DNA of 59,042 bases, the filler included, from Porpidia crustulata (lineage: Eukaryota): the NCBI GenBank assembly GCA_964255105.1. It is 7 parts of 7 records of this genome, joined end to end, with 100 filler letters (N's around TTAATTAATTAA, not from the genome) between each part and the next. Parts side by side here need not be neighbours in the genome. Positions count along the whole stretch, not along the records: positions 50,723 to 59,042 come from CAXUWE010001136.1; 6 more parts are not named here. The stretch is one strand, 5' to 3'. Made by a program: the position numbers and the translations under genes. This document shows positions 50,723-59,042 of this stretch, piece by piece (the stretch's first letter is position 1; every line of letters begins with the position of its first letter). Below the pieces are notes generated by a model that had not been told where the DNA came from, made no database searches, and saw nothing but the letters and a program-made list of their open reading frames with translations.

Positions 50723-51102
50723 GGTGTAGACGGGTTTCGATTGGGGGTTGATGGATATGTCGGTATCAGCTTCTCGGATCGAGATGCTGGAAACGGTTCG
50801 GGGGGGGAAGGGACATTGTAGACGGGATGTCTGTGGCATCGGGACGGTGCAGAGCAGTGCAGCATGGCGACGAGATTTCTCGTTGAGTTCGGGAGTTCCT
50901 TGCCTCCGCATGATTGGGAAAGAATCTTCCTCCTCTAATTAGGATATTATATATAAACATTATGGAATAGAAAATCGATCAAAGGGTATCGCTGATACGC
51001 ACGCGCTTCCAGAAGGGTATAGTGCTAATTCAAAGTTTCAGACCAGGTGACTTGCGACGAGAGTATTAGAATTAAATTGGTAAGAGATTCAACGTGGTCG
51101 GA

Positions 51103-53457
51103 TCACATCATCATCAGCCGGGTGGTTCTCCTCTCCGGGTGCCTGCGCCCAGGTCCGAGCATGGAGGTCTGTTGCGCGACGCGGTAGGCGTGTTGCTCGC
51201 AATAGGTTTTGCCGTTCATTTCGAAATAGTCGTCACGGAGGATCTTGTGGCAGTCCTGGATCAAGAATCAGTAATCGTATTTTCAAATATCATGGTCATT
51301 TTGCCATCACTTACCTGACAGGTGAAGCAGTGCGGATGGCACTTCTGCTTCGAATCTGTTTCGACGTACTGCCCCTCGATGCCTCGGTCGCACTGCTTGC
51401 ACAGCGAGCCGTTGAGCTGATGGTAGTGCCGGTTGCAATACGGATGGTTGCCGAGAACGTAGAAATCCGCCGTTGGGAAAGGCGCTCTGCAGGTCTTACA
51501 GACAAAACAGTCCCGGTGATAGCGTCCGGACAGCTGACCGTCCTTGGAACTGACGGACTTTCCTTTGATGAGCTCTCCACAGCCTCGGCAATTACCTTTG
51601 TTGGCTGTCGTAGGTCTTCGCACTGGAGACGAAGGGGCACGAGGCTGGGCGAAAGGCGCGGGGGATATTCGAAGACTATCAGGAAGCGGAGGACTCGAGA
51701 GGAACGATTCTGGTGGTGATCCTACGGGTGAAGTACGTCCACTCTGGACGGCCGGATCCGTGTGTACATCTGGTGCAAGTAAGACTGGCTCACGCTGCGG
51801 TGGCGGATCCATGGGCCTCGAGTACATTGGTCTACTAAAACTTGGCGGCTGAGCACGACGTCTAGAGGCCGGCTCTTCAGCCGTCGGGGCAGTACGTATG
51901 CTCTTCGGGAAATTGTCCATTGGATCCGTACCGTCGCGCGCGTCAGAAGATTTTCGTTCAGGTGACCCAGGCAGCGGAGGTGTTGATCTCGAGCTGCCAC
52001 TCTTACGGTCCGAACCAGAAGATTCATTTGATGACGTTGATTCGTTTGGTGTATGGTATGGATTGCCAACGCTGAACTCGAGCGCGCGAGTAGGCAAAGG
52101 TAATGGAGGCGCATCTTCGAATCGCTGATCATTCTTGGCTCCTGTCCTACTGGTACTTCGGGAAGATCCAGTGTCGAATTTCTCAGGCGAAATTGAGTTT
52201 GCCCTGCCTCGACTGGGTTTGAAAGAACTTGTGCTTCCAATCTCGTGAAGCGGCCTGTTAGCTGCAGCTACAGAAGGCGTTACTCTATGAGAAATGCGTC
52301 CAGGTTCCGAGGGTCTCCTTTCCTTGGGAGCCTTTGTGGAATCTGCAGGCTCCGTTCGATTGTGTCCGTCCGTAGGGTAAGTATGTGATCGGTTTTCTTG
52401 CCGCAGCATTTCAAATTGATGTTCCTCTTGGCTATTCGGATTAGATATCGGGGGTTGATCGTTAGGCTGGGAAGGTCTGCGAGGTAAGGGGAGAGCAGGT
52501 ACGGCGGGCGGATCAAGTCTCTCCCGGTCAACAGTGCTTCGAGGGCCCCCGGAGATACTCGAAAGGGATGGATTTCGCGTATAATTTGAACTTGATGTTG
52601 ATGGCCGCTGAACATGGTTCTTCCCACTGGCGGAACTTGATGGGCGTACATATTCGCCATGGCTACTCATCGTGACCGTTCTCTTAATTCCCGAATGACG
52701 AGAGTCTCCCTTATCCCTTACGTTGAAAGGTCCTGGTGCGATAGTATTCATCCTTTGTAACACGCTACCTCCTCCATTCCCGCGAGGACTGAGAGGCGCA
52801 TATCTTTGATCTAACTGAGCTTGTCCTCTCGGATTTACATCGTCCGGTGTGAAAGGACGTTTTATCTCTGCAGGAGTTGTTGGGGTAGCGCTACGTGATT
52901 TAGCTATTGGGAAGGGCGGAAAAGCGCAGTCCTGGGGTAGCGAAATATCTGGTGACGGAGGCCGAGAGGGTAGTGGAGAGGTTGCACTCCTAGGCAGTGC
53001 CCGACGAATTGACTTTCGCCCATTTCCATACGGAATCGGGGATGCACTCCGGGGATTGCTGGTACTGCTGCGAGGTGAGAATTGACTAGGAGGTAACGGG
53101 TACCCCTTATCTACTATAGTCAGTATAAAACTTCCATCTTTTTAACGCTTGTTTCACATACTGCTAACTGATGCATCAATCCGAGGCGGCGGTGGCATCT
53201 TGCGAGATTTCAAAAGCGATGGACCGTTTGCGAGCGAAGCGGGCGGTGCGAACGGTCCATGCAAAGCTTGCAAACGGGTCTCCGGGAGAGGAGGGACTGC
53301 AATGTCTCAGTAGCTATCAACAGATGAGGAAACTATCAAGCAGTAGCGTACCGTTCGAGCAGGCGTGATCACCCATCAGAGAAATCTCAATAGACGCATT
53401 ACAATTGGAACATTTGATGGTTGGCAAGAAGCTCGATGAGCGAGTTAAGGAATCCAT
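51103..53457 (-). CDS. LIM-domain protein, multi-exon
   Basis: N-terminal KCSNCNASIEISLMGDHAC; C-terminal LIM fingers CRGC..YHRDCFVCKTC..YCNRH and CKQC..HPHCFTCQ/DCHK..YCEQH; ends RRTTRLMMM*. Confidence 0.88.
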
Positions 53458-53809
53458 GGTAATTACCAGCTGCCTTCCGTGCTCTTCCCAATCCAAAAGT
53501 TCCGATGCAGAGGTGAGGACATGCAGCAATGCAGTAAACCGTGTTTATTCCGCGTTGATCCCGAATTCCATGCGAACATCAAGTTCGTCTCGTATAGCCC
53601 GCGCTGCTGGAACAAAGAGCAGGAAGTTGAGAATTTGAGTCAGGGCTAGGGGAATGTACCATTGACTTGCTGTAGACGCCGGATCGTGTAGGTTGTATCG
53701 TTGATCGTTCATTCGGCAAATCCAATGAACTACCGTTGCGGTGGGAAATGAGGTCGAGCTTCAAACCCCTGACTCTAGAAGCGCAGGGATTGGGCAGAAG
53801 CTATGCTAT

Positions 53810-53859
53810 GTGATCAGAGGACCGTGATCAGAGGACCGTGATCAGAGGACCGTGATCAG
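53810..53859. repeat. Tandem repeat, 14-bp unit GTGATCAGAGGACC, about 3.6 copies
   Basis: Three exact copies plus GTGATCAG. Confidence 0.95.
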
Positions 53860-55053
53860 GAATTAGGCCAAGTCCAGGATTGAATATCATTTATCATTAT
53901 TGACCAATAATCCATATGCATTCGTCGATGTGGTATTCGGACATGTGGACTGACGGTGAGGATAAAGATGGAGGAAGCCGGCGATATGTTCGCTGTCAAT
54001 GCCTTAGGCACATTTCACAATTCTGATACACGTCTTGTTCTCGACCAGATTCGCGGCTAGTAACATTAGTGCCAAATCTACGCCTGTAACATACCATTTC
54101 AATTGGTACGCCAGATCTGGACGCCCGCAATCGGACGTCTTTGATAAGCCAAAAGCCACCAGGATATTTAAGCATTTTCATTCCCATTCTCGTTCCTTGC
54201 CATATAACACACGTCCTCCAACGTCGAACGCCTGGATGCTACATTGCTATCGTACACACCATGAATCTGTATTCGGTGGTGGTGGTGGTTTGCGTGGTTT
54301 ATTGATTCCTGCGATTTCTCAAATTTCAATCCCTATCAAACGTCAGGGCGAGGAAGGCTTTTAGCCCCTTATGATAGATCCCCTGTCGATCAATTAATTA
54401 CATAACCCCAATTACCGATGCCCTAAATCGACCTCCAAGGTGCCAAGGCAATTGGGTGAAATGATATTAAAACCGCGATTGAAGAATTAAATGTATCATT
54501 ATATTTATCACTTGGTGATACCACGGTGCCATCCCACAATCATTCTACAAGGAATCGGTAGTGTCCACTTGGCTGTTGACAGCAATGGGTTTTGCGAGGT
54601 AGCCAAATTAGCTTCTACGTTCCCCTGTTCTTAACCTTCAACTAGGGTTGTACAAATCGACCGTGCATGAACTTTGATACCTCTGGGGAGCCGAATGCAA
54701 ATGGAAAAGCGCGAGCATTGCTCATTGGGGTGTGGGGCCCACCTGAATTGCATTTCAGTTTCAGCGGCCATGTTGATGTACTCAGGCGCCGGAAAGTAGT
54801 AAGTGACCTTCGATACTTTTACCTACCTACCTCGTAATGGACTAAGGTACCTTAACACGTTAAGTGCCTACGACCTACCTACTGATAAGGAGAAGTACTA
54901 GCAGTGGGGTATCGGTAGTGTGCCCTAATGAGATACGCGATTTTGGTGGGGTTATGCTACTAACGGAGTACAAATTTTCTCGAGTCCCCCCAACATCCAA
55001 CTTCTACAAAATATACAACACCAAAGTCTTACCAAATCTACATTGTATCCTGA

Positions 55054-55260
55054 ATGTATTCGAATACACTCAACTCGTAAGTCAACCAGAATCTGTAATG
55101 GCAGGAGAGCCTGGCTTCCCTGTCGGCATTGAGAAACAAGGGAGAGCCACTATTCAATCAGCATTTACTGATGAAGCATATCAGTATACACCACCCCTTC
55201 AATCACGGACGTAAATCCTCTTCCGGCGGCGACTCGAGTAGTTTTCCAAAGACGAGATAA
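55054..55260 (+). promoter_or_regulatory. Intron-split upstream ORF (32 aa) in the INO1 leader
   Basis: ATG at 55054; intron 55077-55184 (GTAAGT..ACTGAT..CAG); spliced peptide MYSNTLNSIHHPFNHGRKSSSGGDSSSFPKTR*; stop 60 nt before the INO1 ATG. Confidence 0.65.
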
Positions 55261-55320
55261 TTAGATTGCTGAAAGGCACGCAAACAATCCAATTGACTCT
55301 ATAATTCATACTCAATCGCT

Positions 55321-57034
55321 ATGGCTCCTCACGCTGAAGGTCCTAATGGTTCTATGAATGGCTCAAGCCACGCAAACGGGAACAATGACACCAAGGAGCT
55401 GTTCACCGTCATTTCTCCAAATGTCATCTACACGGAGAACGAGATCAAAACCAAGTATGTGTATCGCACAACTTCGGTAGCCAAGTCTGGCGATGGGAAG
55501 TACGTTGCTACACCGAAGGAGACTATTTATGACTTCAAAGTGGAACGTAAAGTTGGGAAAGTAGGTATGATGCTAGTGGGCTGGGGTGGCAATAATGGTA
55601 CCACTGTCACTGCAGGCATTATAGCTAACCGTCGTGGCCTCGTCTGGGATACTCGCGAAGGACAGAGAGCTGCAAATTACTATGGATCTGTTGTTATGGG
55701 GTCTACGATGAAGTTGGGAACAGAGGCAAAGACGGGAAAAGAGATCAATATTCCTTTCCATGATGTTCTACCAATGGTTCACCCCAACGATCTCGTAATC
55801 GGTGGGTGGGATATCAGCGGTATGAATATGGCTGCGGCCATGGATAGAGCTGCTGTATTGGAACCTATTTTGAAAAACATGGTCAAAAAGGAAATGGCCG
55901 AGATGAAACCTCTTCCGAGTATCTATTACCCTGATTTCATAGCTGCGAACCAAGAAAAGCGTGCAGACAATCTTCTCGAGGGATCTAGGGCTTCGATGGC
56001 TCACGTCGAAAAACTCCGCAAGGACATTCGGTAAATCTTTCTATTCCCAGGTAGATACTACGCTGACTTATGATAGCGACTTCAAGGCGACCCATGGCCT
56101 CGACAAGGTTATTGTTCAATGGACTGCCAATACTGAGCGTTATGCCGACATCATTGAGGGAGTAAATGACACTGCGGACAACCTTATGAAATCGATCGAG
56201 TCTGGACACGAAGAAGTCTCCCCATCAACCGTATTTGCTGTAGCTTGCATACTCGAGAACGCCCCATTCATCAATGGATCCCCTCAGAACACCTTTGTAC
56301 CTGGCGCCATTCAGCTTGCCGAAAAGTATGGCTCTTTCGTTGGTGGAGACGACTTCAAATCTGGACAAACCAAGATGAAATCCGCCCTTGTGGACTTTAT
56401 GATTAATGCTGGGATCAAGCTTACCTCGATTGCAAGCTACAATCATCTTGGCAATAACGACGGAATGAATCTAAGCTCTCAGAGGCAATTCCGCTCCAAA
56501 GAGATTTCCAAATCCAATGTGGTGGATGACATGGTGGAAGCCAACAGCGTGCTGTATAAGCCAGGAGAACATCCTGACCATACTGTGGTGATCAAATACA
56601 TGCCTGCTGTTGGGGACAATAAACGTGCATTGGATGAGTATTATGCAGAGATCTTTATGGGTGGCCATCAGACAATCAGCTTGTTCAACGTCTGCGAGGA
56701 CTCTCTGTTGGCGTCTCCACTCATCATCGACCTCGTGCTTATTGCCGAATTGATGACTCGGATCACCTGGAGGGCTAGTGCTACGGACGGGACGGCTACT
56801 AAGGACTACAAGGGATTCCATAGTGTACTCAGCATCTTGAGCTACATGCTGAAGGTATGTTCCTTATGATTTCATTATTACTGTTGCTGACTTTCGCAGG
56901 CTCCCTTGACGCCTCCAGGTACACCTGTGATTAATGCTTTGGCAAAGCAGCGCGGGGCTCTGACCAATATCTTCCGTGCATGTGTAGGTCTTCAGCCAGA
57001 GTCTGACATGACCCTCGAACATAAGCTTTTCTAG
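55321..57034 (+). CDS. INO1: myo-inositol-1-phosphate synthase, multi-exon
   Basis: [53 protein letters not shown]; ends LEHKLF*. Confidence 0.97.
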
Positions 57035-57493
57035 GTATCGTAGACCTTGGCTTGATGTTCAGCTCATTGAACCTGGTATCTAAGATATGCACTCGTCGTT
57101 TGGGCCAATTTGCAGATTTGATAGGTAGAGACCTTTTTATACGCTCATTAATGAAGAGTCTCACTTCTTTGTCGCATACAAAATCTTCTGAAATATGAAA
57201 TGTGACGTGGTTGTCTTGTTCACCTCCCTCTTACTCTAAATTCCTGTTCATCTCCGACAGCTATCAGAGATTCCATCGAACAGCCATATTTCTACTATTA
57301 TCACGGGGATAGTGCTATCTGGCTCCAACATTTAACTTGAATGCGAAATTTAGATGTGGAGAAATGGGATGGCTGTTTACATATCAGATCATTCGGCACT
57401 AGCCGGACTTCCATTGTAAAACTTCACCATTATTACCTACCCTCTCGATGTTCAGCTCTATTATTCATCCTGATCCATTTGTCGAGTCTAATT

Positions 57494-59042
57494 ATGTCGC
57501 CCCAGTTTCCATCAATCCAGTCGTTTTTCCAACCTGAAATTTCTCCCACCAAAAAGCCAGCAATCGCCAATCCACCATCCGAATGTGGTGATGGATTCAC
57601 CGCCGAAGAGGTTGAAGCAACCCTACAGCCAAGGCTTCATAGCTGGCAGCCACGAGGTTCTTATGAAAATGTTGAGATCGGAAGCTTAGTGCCTGGACCT
57701 GGCTGCGTTGCATTGATGGGCAGAGTGGTGAATTTCTACGACCAGGCAACCCCAAGCAAAGCGCCACAGGCTGCAAAGGGATGTTTAAAGGTCATAGTCA
57801 AGGATGATTCGGGGGCTATCATGGTCTCACACTTACCAATACTACATTTGCTACTGTTAATCCATTTGGGTAGGTCAAGCTGTGGTACTCAAAAGTCGAT
57901 TACCACCTGCGTATCGGTCAGCTGGTATCACTTTGGACACCACACGTCTCAAACTCGGAATCGAATTCTTTGACTCTGCAGCATACTTCGATTGTGACCT
58001 CGATATTTCCCGAGCGAGACAATAGCTGCTACTTCCTGGTGCAAGAAAAAAGCGACGAAGGAGTCCTGTGCAAGACGCCACTGGGATACAAAGACGGGAA
58101 ACAATTAAATGGTCTCATCACGCTAAAGAACTTCGTCGACGGAGGCCATGAAGTAGCAGCAGCAAAGATACTGGTCTGTGTCAAGAGCATCGGAGGGAGG
58201 AAGAAATGTAGGTATGCCTTCATTTTGAAACAGAGCAATTTAGTTAACAACGAACAGTCACAACGAAGAAGGGCAACCCAGCAGAGAAAGCTGAAGTGAA
58301 TGTATTCGATGATACCCTCGAGGCCACACTTACACTATGGGGCCAAGCGGCTGCCTCTGGCAGCTCCTGGAAAGTCTCGGATACCATTCTCTTACTCTCA
58401 AATCCCACCTTCAAAGAGGGAAGAAAACCGACATTGTCTATCGGTACCGAGACCCATGTTGATGTCGACCCGCACATGGCCGATGCGTACTGGCTAAGGG
58501 GATTTGCGCAACGACTGACTAAAAGGGAGCACGTCAACCAGCCATTTCCAGAAGATGGTGCTCTTGTTTTGATTCCCCTCAGATCACTATTTACTGACTC
58601 ATTTAGTATTTGACGTTGAAGAGGCCGCATCATCTGAAATGCGAATACTGTTTACTTTGGGTGATATTGATGAATTGTACGGAAATCCTTCCTCGATAAA
58701 AGTAGCATCACTGACATCGTTTCTAAGTGTTCGAGCGGCTCCTGCAGGTACTTGTGTACAACAACTCCAGTCCTCAGTCACTCACAGCGGGTCAGAAAAC
58801 TTCGTAGGCTATCTTAGCCTCATTATCCTCGAGCTGAACATCACAACCCTCCACCAACGCAATATGCTTCTCTGCACCGAATGGTGATCCCCCCCAGCAC
58901 ATCCCCTAGACCACATCTCAACGACCCCAACAGCTGCGGCGTCCCCCTCCTCGCCAACACCACAACCGCGAAATGCAAACAATCTGAAACCGAAATCCCC
59001 CTCCGCATAAACCCTCGTCTGGTATCCTATCTCCCTTCTACC
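57494..59042 (+). CDS. MEIOB-like OB-fold ssDNA-binding protein, multi-exon, 3' truncated
   Basis: OB folds GRVVN..KVIVKDDSG..KLW and KILVCVKSIGGRKK/TTKKGNPAEKAEVNVFDDTLEATLTLWG..SWKVSDTILL, which parallels the MEIOB block as recalled. A Cys-containing CTE/CG segment begins at the contig end. Confidence 0.7.

Overview
This is DNA from an intron-containing filamentous ascomycete (Pezizomycotina), and it is not one locus. Seven contigs of about 8.3 kb are joined by 100-bp N-TTAATTAATTAA-N linkers, in descending length (8375, 8374, 8359, 8354, 8338, 8322, 8320 bp), so adjacency across linkers means nothing. Contig 1: RID/Masc1-type C5 DNA methyltransferase, a decayed ade4 pseudogene and an HhH-GPD DNA glycosylase. 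Contig 2: DOMON/cytochrome b561 protein, RRM protein, nitrilase-family hydrolase. Contig 3: anthranilate synthase component I, LSM1, HAD dehalogenase and a GIY-YIG-like relic. Contig 4: HNH nuclease gene with a premature stop next to an inverted repeat, NTO1 and an SR-like RRM protein. Contig 5: catalase-like protein, S10 carboxypeptidase, partial FAD oxidase. Contig 6: NRT2 nitrate transporter with NIT4/NirA and GATA sites, D-serine dehydratase, hypothetical protein. Contig 7: LIM protein, INO1 and a MEIOB-like protein. The best leads are an intron-split 32-codon uORF in the INO1 leader, the divergent RID-glycosylase pair, and the transition-rich ade4 relic between them. Family assignments come from motif recognition only; no searches were run. 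Gene ends were derived by hand.
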